A DNA stretch of 64,000 nt from Candidatus Omnitrophota bacterium (GTDB lineage: Bacteria > Omnitrophota > Gorgyraeia > Duberdicusellales > Duberdicusellaceae): contig JAFGCB010000029.1 of NCBI GenBank assembly GCA_016932855.1, forward strand, positions 2,547 to 66,546, in the 5' to 3' direction. Shown here in pieces: positions 1-15,000 of the stretch. Each line of letters opens with the position of its first letter. Positions within the stretch are counted from its first letter, which is position 1. The notes under the pieces are model-generated. The model saw only the letters and a list, made by a program, of their open reading frames with translations, did not search any database and was not told the origin of the DNA. The position numbers and the translations under genes are program-made.

Positions 1-3000
1 ATTTACTTCATAGAGCTTTTCCAGGTTTATGTCCTGGGTTGCGCCGATAGATCTAATATCCTTGCTCATATTGACCAGCTGCGAATATACCGAGTCTAAG
101 TTTGTGGTTGATTCCACCGCGCTGGTAACCTGGTTTACTATATCCCGGGAAATCGAGGCAAGGGCTGATTCAACAACTGCAAACTGGGCAGTCATGGTTT
201 CAGCTACCCCTTTAAAGTCGTCAAGGCTTGATGTTGTTCCCATTATCGATGCGACTTGGCCGGCAATCGAGTCGATATCCGAGCTTATGACAGTCATTAT
301 AAGGGCATCAAGCGTCCCTTTTATTGCCTCCGAACAGACGATAGTAAAGTCTCCTCTACCCCATTTAGTATCGAATTTAACCAGATATTCATAGATGCCG
401 GTTGTGCCTATTTCTGCCATCGTTCCTTTTACGATTTGCTGGGCGTTTTCGGCGTCGTATAAATCTATAGAAGGCACAAGACCGGAATAAGTCCTGTAGC
501 GGATAACAAGCTCTTCCCCGCTCTTTACCGTATTTTCACGGTTAAGTATCTCTGATTTCATCGCGGTTTCAGCAACATCTTTTGCTTCCTCGACTGTCTG
601 AGTAAGAGACTCTTCCACGGTGCTTAGGATACTCGATGTATGCGATTTAATAGACGCGGCTGAAGAAGCGATATCGTTCTCTATGTCTTGTTTTGTCTGG
701 CCAAGACCTATGGCTACCGCGTCTTTAATTTGTTCTACTGATGAGGCAAGCTTGGTGGCGGTCTGGGTGAAGAATTCATACTGTAATATTTCTGAACCAA
801 CATCGATATTGGCGCTGGAAGTATAACTCTGGTCCCGGTAGAAAATACTAAGGGTTGCCGGATAGACATAGCCTGCCGCAAAGGTAGTATTAGCAAGGGT
901 AAAGGTGTAGAAGCCGCTGTCGTTAGGCTGGAAAGCAGTAAGAGTATTTCTTACTGTTTCGCCGTCAGGTTCGTATATGGTAAGAGTAGCCGCTCCCATG
1001 GATTCTCTTTCTTCCGGCCGGGTGCCGACTAGTTTACCTTTTCTTTGCAAGGAGCCGACAGCGGCTAAAGTGTCAGTTGCCGGCGCGAAACTGTAAGTAA
1101 GGATAGCTTCCCAGCTTACCTGGGCTGAAGCCGTGTTTTCTAGGTAGCAGGTTATTACATAAGGAGTAATTATTCCCACATATTCCTTAGGCGGAGACCA
1201 GGTAACGCTATTATCGATGTAGTTGGTTTTAGAGAAAAATGTAGTGTAGGTCGCGTAAGCATACCCGGGAATTTCTCTTATAAGGTTATCCGGTGAGATA
1301 AGGCCGGTATCGTGCCAGGAGGTTGCAGGTTCGGTTACTTCTAAATCATCCAGATGGCTCATGGTGTCAAAATCAAGGACCTTAAAATGGACAGGCACAT
1401 AGACAATCCTGAAATCATTCTCGCTGGTATCGGGTATCGAGGCATTAAAGTCAACAGCATTGGAGATTCTAAGCTTTACCGTATCAGAGACAATGTCAGG
1501 GAGAGTCCAGGTGTAAGAATTAAGATTTGCGTCTACCGAGGCAGAGATCAAGTTCCAGTTTAAACCGTCGTCAAGAGTATATTCCAGTTTAGCGCTGTCT
1601 ATATTACCCCGGGTCTGCCAGGTAACGGTATGGGCTGATTTTGCCACCCAGATCTCAGCGCCGTTAGGTGTAATCAGCTCAAAACCGCCTTTTATGGTGA
1701 AGTATCCGGGAGAGGCCCCGGTTACTTCAGTGCGGCTTCCGTCGGTAATCCGGACTTTCATGGTTGAGCCGGTTAAAGAATTCTGAGGTATGCTCCAGCT
1801 GTAGTTTCCGTCATTAGCTTCGCCGCTTATGATTACCTGGGAACTTACAAAGTTATTGTTGGAACTTTCAATCAGGAGATTATCGGAAATATCCAGACCT
1901 TCACAGGTCCAGGTGATATTCAGAGTGTTTTCTAAAACGTAAGATTCACCGCCGGCCGGAGAGGTAATGACAAACCTGGGTATGGCGATAATCTTAAATA
2001 CGCCGCTGGAAAGACCCACTGTTGCCGGCCGGTTTCCGTCAATAATCTTGAACTTAGCGTTGGAAGTAATATAGTCGGCTACCAGCCAGTTAAAGCTTCC
2101 GCTGTTAGGTACTCCGATTGCTTCCAGGCCGGTATCAGCTGAAATCGCGGTATAGTAATTCGCGCCGCCGTCAGGTGAATATTGTAGAACCAGATTGTCA
2201 GATACGGTCCCTTCGGTTGTCCAGATAATAGAGGCGCGGTCATCGACTGCCCAGACGGTTGAAGAGTCGGGTGAAGTAATTGTAATAAGCGGGTCAGCAA
2301 TCTGGAAAATATCGTCACTTTCATCGGTATTGCTAGGCCGGCTGGCATCAGTAATCCGCACCAGACAGCTTGCGCTTACCTGGTCAGGTATACCCCAGGC
2401 ATAGAGGCCGCCGTTGGAAACACCTGTTGCAATCTCGGTCCAGTCACTTCCGGCGTTAGTAGAGTATTCAAGGGTTAGATTATTAGAGACCAACCCTCCG
2501 TTATCAGACCAGGTAATATCCTCTTCTGAACCTACCCGCCAGACCTCACTTCCGTTAGGCGTAAGGATTTGCAGCTGGGGAATAGGCAAAATCGTAAAAC
2601 CGGCATTTGATTTATCCCATACTGCCGGCCGGGTATTGTCGGTAATCCGGACTCTTGCCGTAGCTGTTGGGTCAATAGGCAACTGCCAGGGATGATTTCC
2701 GTTGTTGGGGGTAAGGTTAGCTGCTATGGTGATTATGTTTGAGGCGAAGTTATCTTTTGAATATTCAATTAAGAGGTCATCTCCTACGCTTCCGGTATTA
2801 GTCCAGGTGATATTTTCGGTGTCGCCCACAGTCCAGAGTTCTCCTCCGTTAGGCGCGGTAACTGTCAAGACCGGGTTAACAATAGAAAATACCGCGTCAG
2901 AGTCATCGGTTATAAGAGACTCGGTATTATCGGTAATCCTTACTTTGACCGTTGCCGAGAAATCATCGGGTATTGTCCATTCGTAATTGGGTTGCGCGAT

Positions 3001-6000
3001 TACACCGTCAAAGATTATATCCGAAGTTGAGAAATTGTCTTTGGAATACTCAATTTGCAAATCATCCGATACCGCTCCCACGGTCCTCCACTCGATTTGG
3101 TGGGTTGTCCCGATAATCCAGCTTTCACCGCCGTTAGGTTTAAGTACCTCGACAAAAGGAAGGGTTATTGAAAAAGCCTCATCGGTTTCGTCCTGGGTTG
3201 CCTGCCGTGTTGCATCGAATATCTGCACGTAGCAGTCGGTGGAAATCGCACCGGGTATAGTCCAGGTATAATACCCGTCGTTTGCCTCGCCGGTAGATAT
3301 ATCAGTCCAGTTTGAACCCCCGTTACTTGAGTACTGCAAAGTCAGATTGTCTCTTATTGCTCCGAAATCGTAACCCATTGATGTCCAGCTTACTTCATGG
3401 ACTGTTCCTTCAGCCCATTCTTCCCCGCCGTTAGGCGTAGTTACTGTAATAGTAGGCTCTATTATGGAAAAAGGCGCATCAGAGACATCGATAACGCTGG
3501 GCCGGTCAGCATCAATCATCCGGATAAGGGCGTTACTTGTTATTGAATCAGTAACCGAAAGCCAGGTGTAGCTTCCGGTGTCATCTACGCCGGCATCAAT
3601 ATCAGTCCAGCTTCCTCCGCCGTTTGTAGAATACTGCAGGGTTAAATTGTCACTTACCGCGCCCACCGTAGACCAGGTGATATCATAACTTCCCGTGGCA
3701 TAGAAAGCTTCTCCCCCGTTGGGAAATTCAATTGTTATTGTAGGGATGCTAATGCTGAATATTGCATCCGAAGTATCAGAATACGAAGTGTTGTTTTCAT
3801 CTTCGACTTTTATAAGAGCCTGGGTTGTCTCGGCGTCAGCCACTTCCCAGGAATGAGATTTGCTGTTGGCGATATTGTAGGCAGCCAGGACCCAGTTCTG
3901 GCCGTTATCATCAGAGTAGTAAATATTAATCTTATTATAATCAGCTCCGCCCGATTCCAAGATGTTACCGTAGCTTATCCAGGTAATGGTTTCGAAAGTT
4001 CCGATAGTAAAAGTTTCTCCTCCGTTAGGATAAGTTACGGTAATCTCGGGCTCGCTTAAGATTTTTACGGTTTTGGTGTCGCTCACGCTCGGCCGGTCTA
4101 AATCACTTATTTTCACCAGCACGTTATTTTCAGAAGCTTGGGCCGGTATGTTCCAGGAGTAGGTTGCGTCGTTATCTTCACCGGTTGCGATTTCATTCCA
4201 GTTTTGACCATCATCAGTGCTGTATTCTATATAAAGGTTATCACTTACGTTTCCTTCTGTTTCCCAGGTTATATCATTGGTGTCTCCTACTACCCAAATA
4301 GTTTCTGTGCTTGATACGGGAGAAGTAATGGCGATGCTCGGCTCCATTATTGAAAATTCTTCGGAAATCTTAGATACCGTAAACTGGGTATCTCTTCCTA
4401 CGGGTATATCTACCTCTCTTATTCTTACTCTTACCGTAGCTGAAGGGTCATCGGGCAAGTTCCAGGGATGTGAGCCGACAATGTCATCATTGGGGTTTGC
4501 TCCTTGAGGCGTACCGATGCTTACCTGGGCAATTGTATGTACATCACTTGCGAAATTATCTTTGGAATATTCCAGAATAACTTCGTCCGAGAATTGAAGC
4601 TGGTTAGCTTCCCAGCTTATAGCGTGTTCTGTTCCCAGGGTCCATTCTTCGCCGCCTTGAGGTGAAGTTATGGTAATTTCAGGCGTAGGCACTATATGAA
4701 ATACGGCGTCGGAAGTGTCAGTAATCTCGGGGTTGTTGGAGTTAGAAATCTGTACTAAAACAGTTTCCGATTCCGTATCCGAAGGAATACCCCAGGGGTG
4801 CTCGCTGTCGTTAGGAGTAGGATTTACTATGCTGGTCCAGTTTCCTCCTCCGTCAGTAGAAAAATCAATTTTTACCACGTTTCCGGGAATTGAACCGGGA
4901 GCTGACCAGAGGATGTTGTGAGTTTTTCCTTCTTCCCAGATTTCACCTCCGTTAGGTGAAGTTACTTCCAGAGAAAGAATTCTAAAAGTATCATTAGAGG
5001 TATCCGATACAGTAGGAAAGTCTTCACTGCTTATTTTTATTAGGGCATTCTGGGCCGGGTCATCAGGGATTTCCCAGGTGTAGCTTCCGTCATCATCAAC
5101 ATTTTCTTCAACCGTCTGGTAAATGCTTCCTCCGTCAGCTGAATATTCTATCTTTACAAGGCCGGTTGCGCCGTCAATTCCCTGGGATGTCCAGGTGACT
5201 TCAACGTCCTGGCCGACATTTAAGTCTTCCCCGCCATTAGGATAGGTAATATCGATTCTTGCTTCAATATACTCAATAGTTATATCATCCAAGAGGGGCG
5301 TTTCTTCTCCGTCGGAGTAGAGTATTGCTTTATACTGGACCCAGCGGTCGCTGGAAGCATCGCTGTGCAGGGAATTAATGCTTATTGAGCCTGAAGGGTC
5401 GATGTAGAAAGTTTCCCCTGTAAGAAGCGTTACCATTATATTATCTAAAGAAGGGGTCATAAATGTGCCGGGTTCAGTATGAAGGTAAACTCTGTAGTAA
5501 AAATCTCCGCTAGGATACAAATCCTGGAATGAAGAAATGTTGGAATTTACGGTTGCGGCAAGATTGGCATTGTCATAACCTAATTCCACTTCTTCCCAGC
5601 TGTCGCCGTCCCACCAGTACCATCTGTAGCCGTCAGCTGATATCTGGTATTTAATCCCCGTATTATGCGGTATATTGGCTATTTCCTGGAAATCAGCTAT
5701 TCTACTGTTTTCATAAAATACTCCGAAAACCGGCTGGATAACCGGGTTGTTTACCGCGTAGGCAGCAATGTCCTGGGTTCCTTCAACTTCATAAATATTT
5801 AATTCCAAGGGAGCGTTAACATAGTGCGAGCGGTGCTGGTAATGGTGCAGGATTTCTTCAGGGCTTAAGGCCCGCCGATAGATTCTTACGTCATCTATAA
5901 GCCCGTAGTAAGCAAAAGCCCCTGATATTTCCTTTCCGATTTGGAGGTTATCATCATTGGGGAGCATATTTACGGTGCATTCAGAGCTGTATCTTAGCTG

Positions 6001-9000
6001 GCCGTTACTGTAAATCTTTACCAGGCCTTCTTCCTGGTCATAGGTGGCTACGATATGATAGGTATTGCCTGCCGAGATGAACCCGCTTGAAGGAGTAAAG
6101 TTATATTCCTCTCCGTTATAGAAGATAAAAGAGATATTATTTCCGTCTTGGAGTAGTCTGTAATTATAGCGCGGCGCTGCATCATTTCCTTTTACCACCA
6201 GGGTCTGGGTTGAGACGTTATCGCTGGGTTTTATCCAAGCTTCAATGCTTATTCGTTTAGTTGTGTCTAAGCTTGGGGAATCAACCCTATAAGCGTAGGA
6301 AGTAACCCCGTCAAACTCCAGAGAATTCCCCGAAGGAAACCCGGTAAGGTCTTCCAAATCCCAGTTAAGGCCGGATAAGGTAATGTGGTTGTTATTCCCG
6401 CTGGAATCAGCGCTGCTAAATCCTCCGCCTTCATCCATATGGTAGAGAGCCGAAGAAGCTCCGTTAGTATAGCTTAAAGGATTGTCTATCCAGCCTGCGC
6501 CGTTCTCTAATATCGCGTCGTTATTATTACTGGTTAAGTCCAGGGCGTCGGTGCCGCTATTCTCATTAAAGGGCAGGTAGCAAACAAGCCCGCTTTCATT
6601 TCCAGTAAGGTATCTTTGTTTATATTCGTTTATCAAAGCCTGGCTGTTAGCCATATTCCAGACTCTGGCCTCGTCAATAAATCCTTTAATCCCTTGGCCT
6701 ATTATAAGATTATTGCTGTTAGTGTTTATGGTTCCGATTGATTCGACCGATTCTTTTTCTAAGCCGTCTACAAAGATCTTGGCATTAGCCCCGTCATAGG
6801 TAAAAGCAATATGCATAAGCTGGCCGAACTGGTAGGCATCAAGCACAGAAATAACATTGGAGCCGTTTATAAGCCCTGATAGCCCCTGTTCATTGAATTT
6901 CAGTTCATAAGCGCCGCTTTTTCCGATTATCGTATCATTGATAGCCGGCTGGTTCTCTTCGGTTGCGAAATTGGTTGGAAAAGATACGCCGGTGTTAGGT
7001 GAAAAAGCAACCCAGCCTATGGTTTCGTTTCCTCTTGTTCCGTCAAAGGGCGAAGGTTCTTCAATCGCTACTTCTACGTCCTGAGAGGTTGTATTTCTTA
7101 CTATTGCATAGCCAGGATCCCCGGCGTCTTCTGATTGCATATGGGCAACTACACCCACGTCATTGCGGGTGAAGCTGAAGTTAAAGCGGTCAAAGTTTTC
7201 ATCAACTTCATCGCCTGAGCGGTAGGCTTCTATTTTAGCCTCAGTATCTGTTTCTACAGATATAACAGCGTAAGCCACTGTTTCAGCATTAGCGATAGTA
7301 GGGTTACTATCTTCGGTCGTCTCTATCTGGACTTGAAATGAATTATTACCTACGTTTCTTACCCGGGTAAACATAGGAAGGCTGTTATTGTCGGTCTGGG
7401 TTGCTGCTAAAACAACCGGAGGAGAAGTAAAATAGGTCGTGGTATATACTGTTTGATAACCCGAGCCGCTTATTTCCAGGGTCCCTACTTCCACGGTCAT
7501 GTTTCCTATGGTATGAATCCCTTCCTCAAATATTAAATAAGCTACATTTTGAGGGATAATCAAATCGTCTCCAGCGGAGGGAGATTCGATAAGCTTTAAA
7601 TCAAATCCTGAGGAGCTGACATTGGTTATAAAGGGATTTTGAGTAGCAGTTCCGCCTGAGCGGTAGGTGTCAGACGGAAGCTGTTCGGAAGCGAATACAC
7701 GGGGGTTGGTAAAACCGATTAGAGAAACATTGATGTTGGTTCCGGTTGCCTGGATAATACCGCCGTCATAAGCCGACAAGGCTGATTCAGACTCAAAAGT
7801 AGCATTAGGATTTCCGTAATACATAAGGATTTTCTTGGTTGAATTTTGGGGAAAGACCGGAATTTTTACTAATATTGTGGCTTCAGTGGGGCTTGATTCA
7901 GTTATCCTGTGGTCAAGCCTTGTACCGTCAGTATCCAAGAAACGTAAGTCTGAATAATCAGCATTCATCTTGCCGGATTCGAAGCTTACGTCGAATTGAC
8001 CCAGGATATTTGTGTACTTGCTTCCTCCTGTGTTATCCAGTGTTATTATCTTGCGGTAGCTGAAGCCGGGAAGCCATTTAAGGGTTGAGGTTTCAGTTTC
8101 TTGGGAGCCGAAATTAACTGAAGGCGAGATTGTGGTTCGAAGTATAACCCAGTCGTCAGTATGGGTTTGGTAATTCATGCTGTAATGGCTTACCGCGCCT
8201 CTTAAATGGGTTTCGCTGGAGTAGCTTGAATCATAGGCTTGTATCCAGGTCGGCGAGCTTGCTAGTTTATAGTAGTAGATCGCCCCTTGATTCTTTAAGA
8301 CTATTTTGCAGTCATACCATTCACCGGGAGTATAACTGCCGACTCCTCCGCGGCTGGTTCCGTCTTCATATATATAGATATTATTGCCGGTGAAGTAGAG
8401 GCAGTAGACCAAATCCCAATATCCGGCGGCTGTTCCTGAGTCATGCAAGCCGACCATGGCCGTAGCACTGGAGTCAGTCTTAAACTTAAATTGGAAATAT
8501 TTGTCAGCAGCTCTATTAAAAGTATCTTTGGTGATAAGGTAGCAGTCCCAGCCGGTATTATCGTTATTAAAGCTTATAAATTCGTTTTGGGATACAGTTC
8601 CTCCCCCGTAAAGAAATTTATTGCTGTCTATAACTGTCCCTGAAAAATCTACATTAAACTCGTATTCGGAAATGGTATTGTCGCTTTCGCTGGAAGCTGA
8701 AGAATTTCCGTAGTACATATAGATTTCTTTGTTTGCGTTAGCCGGGATTTCCGGGATAACCAGCCAGATTTCCGCTTCTGTGGGGTTTGAGGAGTTTATT
8801 TTATAACGCAGCTTTTGGGAATGTTCAGCATTCCAGAAGCGTAAGTCCGAATAATCAGCGTTCATTTCACCCTGGTAAGGAACAGTAAATTCAACTGTCA
8901 TATAGCTGTATGCAGGGCCTGCGGAATTATTAATAGTAAGTTTCTTGCGGTAGCTAAAGCCTTCCGGCCAGTAGTCAATATCGGCTTTTACTTGAGCTTC

Positions 9001-12000
9001 CAGGGTTATGCTGCTGGTTGCATCTAAAGAAGTAGCGCTTGAAACAGCTGCCCTGTCATCTACTCCGTCCAGTAATAAGCCTGATACATTAAATCCGGTC
9101 TCATCAAAGTCTTTGTAGAGAGTATTATCATAATTAGAGGTGTTTGAGGCGTCGCTTTTTCCGTAATAAAGGTATATTTTTTTGGTTTGTTCTTCGGGAA
9201 TTAAGGGCACTTCTACGTAAAGAGTCCCTGTTTTGGCGGCGTAGCTAAAGGCTGTTCGGGTATAATCAAGAATAGTGATATTATCCGAATCAACAAAGCG
9301 GATATCATAACCGTCGCTTCTGCACCTTTTCCAAAAGCCTTCGTGGCTGGGAGTAAGCTCTATTTTAGCCGGATAATTTGTAAGTTCTATACCGCTTGTA
9401 TTATCTATCTCGATATCCAGGTGGTATTCCCAGCCGGAAAGAGAAGGTGAAGTCGTATGTTCTTCGTAAAGGGTAAAATAGTAAGGTATGTCACTTCCGG
9501 TTCCGCCTCCTCCGGTAAAGTCATCAATAAAACCGATTGACCAGTTGTCGGTATGAGACATCTCATCCCGGTCATTATGGCTTATCCCGACTTTTAGAGG
9601 CGATTCCGAAGAATAGACTGAATTATACAATTCTATCCATTCAGTTTCACCGGAAAGCCGGTAATAATAGGTAGCCCCGGGATTTTTTAAAGTAATCTTT
9701 ATGTCATACCATTCTCCGGGAGTATAAGATCCTACGCTTCCTCTGTTGCCGCCGTCCTCGTAAACCCTAAGCTCGCCGTTATTAAAGTAGAGGCAGTAGA
9801 TTAGATCGGTGTAACTTGCTCCGCTTCCGGCGTCATGCCAGCCCACCATTACTCTTGTTCCCAAGTCAGCTTTAAACTGGGCAATAAAGGATAAGTTGTT
9901 TTCCCGGGCAAAAACTTCAGTGGTTATTAAGTAGGTATCCCAGCCATCAGCAGTATCGTTACGTAAGGATAGATATTCGTCCTGGCTTATATTTCCTCCG
10001 CCGAATTCAAACTTGTCGCTGTCAATGGTTGTGCCGGCGAAATCCGCGTATAAAGGAAAGACTTCAGCATCACTCTCGGATACTGCCGCGGCATTTCCGT
10101 ACTTAAGATAGATTGTTGTTTCTTCGCCTGCCGGCATAAAGGGGATCTTGATATATATTCGTGCGTATTGGGCTGCGTAATCAAAGGTTGCTCCCTGGTC
10201 ATGGATGTTGTAGCCTAAGCTATTCCCCTGTCCATCGGAAAATCTTACGTCGCTTCCGTCGCTTTTTACGTGCTCCCAGAAGTCTTTATTCGAAGAGTCT
10301 ATTTCAATAGTCGCCACAAAATTAGTATAGGAGTTTGCGCCGGAGGTATTATCAAATATAATCCTCTGGGTATAGTCAAAGCCCTGGTAGAGTTTCTTAA
10401 GTCTTCCTACACCGCTAGCTACTTCAATGCTTGTAGCGTAAGCATAGTCAGTATCTAAGGAAAAGTCATGGGTAAAGCCTTGGGTTCCTCCGGGTCCTAC
10501 CCATGAAGCAGAAGCAAGGCTTGCTTCATCAGCAGCTGTTCTTAGCTGGAAGCGTATATCCGAACCTCCGGGCTGGGTTTCTGACCAGGAAAGTCCTGTT
10601 ATTCGGTTAGCGGTTGTTGAGGTATCATAAGGAGATGAGATAAGGGTTTGCTTGGCCGGGTATTTGGTATAGTTTAGGTCTATATCCTGCAGTTCCGGCA
10701 AGTTATTGATGTCATCGGCAAAGAACCTAAGCTGGTACTGGATATAGGCTTGCCCGTCAACTATTGCCGGATAGGACAAGGTTAAGTCATCCCCTTTATG
10801 CCGGATTTCAATATCATCCCAGTCCTGGGCATCAGCCATTGATTCGCTGCCGGAAGTGCGGGCCCTTAGTTCAAAGGAAGAAGCAGCTACATTGGAATTC
10901 CAGTCAACAATATCAAAACCTTGGTTTCGCCCCACTTCTTTTACGGTTGAGGTAAAAGAGCCTTTTTTAAATACCAGGAATTTAGAGATATTTTCTTTAT
11001 AATCGCCGTGCAGAGCATAGAGATAGTCACCGGTTCCCGGGTAGACTATCCGGGAAAGGCCGTCAAACTGCTGGGGGCATAGTTCGTCTAAGGCTTCCCA
11101 GGTGTTCTGGGACATGGAGTATCTAAAGACAGTTCCTGTAGGGCAAGAATATTCATAGCTTGAGCCCTGGGAAAGATAGATAAAGTCGCCTGCTCCGGGA
11201 TAGACTAAAGATGAGGCCATGTAGCTGTTTCCTCCTAAAAGAGCCGGCACGCTCGCTAAGGCTTCCCACTGGCTGCTGGATAAAGAATATCTCCAGAAAG
11301 CTCCGGTGCCGTTACCTCGGGTAGCATAGATGTAATCGCCTGAACCCGGATAGCATAATGAAGCTCCCCAGTTTGTTGCTGCCGGGGTGGCAGTAGCAGT
11401 TGACCAGGAGCCGGAGACAGGGTTGTAGGACCAGAAATCAGTTGTATTCCCTCCCCTAAGAGCGTATATCCTTTGGGCTGTTGAGACAAGCTGGTGGCCG
11501 TTGCCAAAAGGCTGCGAGGGAGTATTTAAGACATCCCATTCATTAGCCGGTATGGAGTAGCGGACAAAATTACTGGTATTTCTGCCTCTGGTGGCATATA
11601 GATGACTTCCCTGTCCGGGATAGATAAGTTGTGCTCCGTAGTTATCCCAGCGCCAGTTAGGTGCTGAATTCCAGGGGCTGGTAAGAGAAGTCCAGGTCCG
11701 GTCAGTAAGGTTATATCGATAAAAAGTGTGATAAGCTCCGGAATATAGAGTATTGCCGTCTGCTCCCTCGCAGAAAGAGCTGTAATGAATAGTATGACAG
11801 TGTACATAAGGAAAGCCGACTTCCAAATCCCAGGTATCCTGGCTTATAGAATAGCGGGCAAAGAGCTGGTTGTAACCGTCAGTAAGATAGATAAAATCCC
11901 CTGTTCCCGGGTAGAACATATCCGAGTCATAAGGAGAAGTATAGTGGCCGAAAGGAGGGTTGCTTAATTCATACCAGGCATCTTCGGATATATCGTAGCG

Positions 12001-15000
12001 GTAGAATTTAAAATAGCCTGAGCCTGAAAAGTAATAAATAGAGTCGCCGTCACCAATATCGGGGTGATAATATATAGTTCCGTTTTGGCAGTAATAGGGC
12101 GAATTCGTAAGCGGCTGCCAGGTATCCAGGTCAGTGCGGTACGCGTAAAAAGAATTACTGTTTCTTCCTACTTTCCAGAAGACAGTATTTTCCGAAGAGA
12201 CATATCTTAAGCGGTTGCCCCGGGGCGATGAGGTGGTAACAGCATCCGGCAGCGCCTCTACTGAGGGCGGGTTATCTAAAGATGTTTCCCAGCTGTCAGT
12301 AGAGATAGTGTATCGCATGAATACCGAGCGGTTCCAGGAGCTTTCAGTATAATAAGGGTCATGTCCGGCAATAAGATAGATAATATCACCGCTAGAACTC
12401 ATCTGGGAGCCGTCAGTAAAGAGAACAGGTGTTGCTTCATTGGTTTCAGCATTGGATAGCTGAGTCCAGGTTCTGTTTACAATATCATAACGCCAGAGAT
12501 GATTAGTATAGCTTCCTTCAATAAGATAGATATAGTCGCCGCTTCCCGGGTAAGTTGCCCTTGTCCCGAAGCTCATGGAGAAAGGAGTATATATAGTGCC
12601 GGTAAATCTATCCTGCGATACTGAATATTTCCAGGCATGCCTTCCGAATATACCCGTAAATATATATACAGTATCACCGCCGGCATGAACCACGCTTCCG
12701 TAGCCAAATCTTGAGGAAGCATATTCTTCAAGCTTTTCTGTCCACTCATTTGTAGATATGGTATAGGTATGTAATTGATAGGAGTCTTCATTTAATAGAT
12801 AAACATTATTTCCTACCGCTTCTAAAGAAAGGCAATAGGTTGCTGCGACTAAGGGAGGTTGGGACAGCCATTCCCAGGTGCCTTCATTCGCGCCCTGGAA
12901 AGCGTAGCGCACGAAACAGCCGTTATTAGTATAGCCGTTAATAAAATATAGGTAATCCCCGCTTCCCGGGTATTTCATCTTTGCCGAATAGTAAAACGGT
13001 ACAGGCGTTTTTAAGGCAACCCCTGGACTTTCTTCGGTTATCCATTCGCCGGTTGAGATATTATATTTCCAGAAATCACTGCTGTTTCCCCGGGCGGCAT
13101 AGATGTAATCGCCAAAGCCGGGATAAGCCAGACAGCTTCCGTAATAGACAGTATCCGGAGCCATATTAAAGGCATTAAAATTCCAGCGGGTACTATTGGT
13201 GTGGCCGCTGGTAGCTCCGAAAGTAACAGTTATACCGTTATTTAAGTCCTGGGAAGCTCCGGTTATAGGGATATCCGTTGCCTGCCAGGTTGAGCCGTTA
13301 TCATCTGACCAGCGGAAGGTATCCGGTGTTCCTTCCGAGTCGATTTGAACCCGGTAGCGCATTAGATTTTCTTCACCGGTATAAGCCCCGCCGGTAGTCA
13401 TATCATCAAGGGCTGTTTGTGAAGAGAAGGTAAGCGGCCCGATAGTAGGATTAGCTACTTCTGACCAGGTATCAGTTGAAGGGTCATATTTCCAGAAGTC
13501 AGGAGATTGGTTTCCTCTAAATGCATATATATAATTTCCCACTGTAACTAAAGCTCCTCCCCAGTAGACTTCTGCCGGAGTATCTGATAAGGTTTCCCAG
13601 CTATTGGCTGAAGTATTATATCTGGCAAAATTAACGGCGGTTTCTCCTCTTGTGGCGTAGACATAGCCGTTAAGATAAGCAATATCCGCACCGTGGTAAA
13701 TACCAAATGGCGCATTTGCTAAATTTTCCCATTCGTTATTAGTAATTGAATATCTTTCAAGATAATTGTTACTTGAACCGCGCGTCCGGTATATGTAGTC
13801 TGTTCCGTCATAGGCTAAAGCTGCTCCCCGGTAATTGGTTGTCCTTTGTGGATGGGGAAGAAAGTTCCATTCTGAAGTGGAAGTATCAAAGGCTAACGAG
13901 CCTCCTGTGTAGTTACGCACAGATATGTATTTAAGCTCTGTTCCTGCTCCTCCGGGGTGGTAAAGGAATCCTCTTTGGGAATATATAGGTAATTTAGGCA
14001 GTTCTTCCCAGGTTTCACTGCTTATGGAATAACGGGAGAAGCGGCCGTATTCAGCGTATTGGATGCCGTATATATAATCTCCTGTTCCCGGGTAAAATAT
14101 ATCTGATATGCCGTGATCAGCGTTAGGCGGCTTAAAGAAATCCCAGCGCTGTTTAGTGATATGGTAAGCGCAGAAATTAGTAGAGTTATATCCCCTGTTT
14201 AAATATATGTAATTGCCTGTTCCCGGATATACTAAAGTTGACTGTCTGGTAGGAGTCCAGTTGGAGTAGATATTTTCTCTTGGGGTCCAAGTATCGGAGC
14301 CTATGTCATATTCGTAGAATAAGGCGCTGCTTCCTGCTGTGCAGAAGACTTTACTGGTAGTAGCAGTCAGGTTTCCGCCTCCTCGGACATAAGTCGGGAC
14401 ATTAGCCATTACTGTCCAGGTGTCTGCGCTTATTGAGTATCTCCAGAACCCTCTTCGGGAGCCGCCCTGAGTTACGAAAATATAGTCTTCATTCGGGCCT
14501 GCTCCCGGCCAGGCAAGGCTTGCTCCTGCGCCGGTTCCCCCCGGCATTTTAGCTAAGAATTCCCATTCCTGGGTATCCACCGAGAATCTGCCTAGAATAT
14601 CTTTATCCCAGACAGCGTATATATAGACTTTAGAGTCGGTGTGCACTACTCTTTCGTAGTCCGAATACCAGTCTAACGTGGGAACCTCATTAAGGGAAAC
14701 CCATTTTCCCAGGTTATCTACAAAAGGGTCTTCTAAGCCTCCTTGTAAGACTACCGAGGCGTCTTCTCCGGGGTTTCCTGAAATTTGGACGTTTTCAGTT
14801 GTCCCTCCCTGGTAGTCTTCATACACAGTATCTTTAATCGAGAACTGGTCAGAAGTTAGAAGAGCCTTTCCGAACTGGCCGGTTCCCGTGGCAATGACAT
14901 TATCGTCTTTAGCGGAGAACTCGTTCCAGTCGGTCTGGTCACCGGGATGGCTAGCAGTATTTGCGCTTGTTCCACCTGACCAGTCAGTCTGGACAAAGCT

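Noticed and set aside
29-13934. Many short ORFs in the track between 29 and 13934
   Set aside because: Antisense or off-frame shadows of the giant minus-strand gene.
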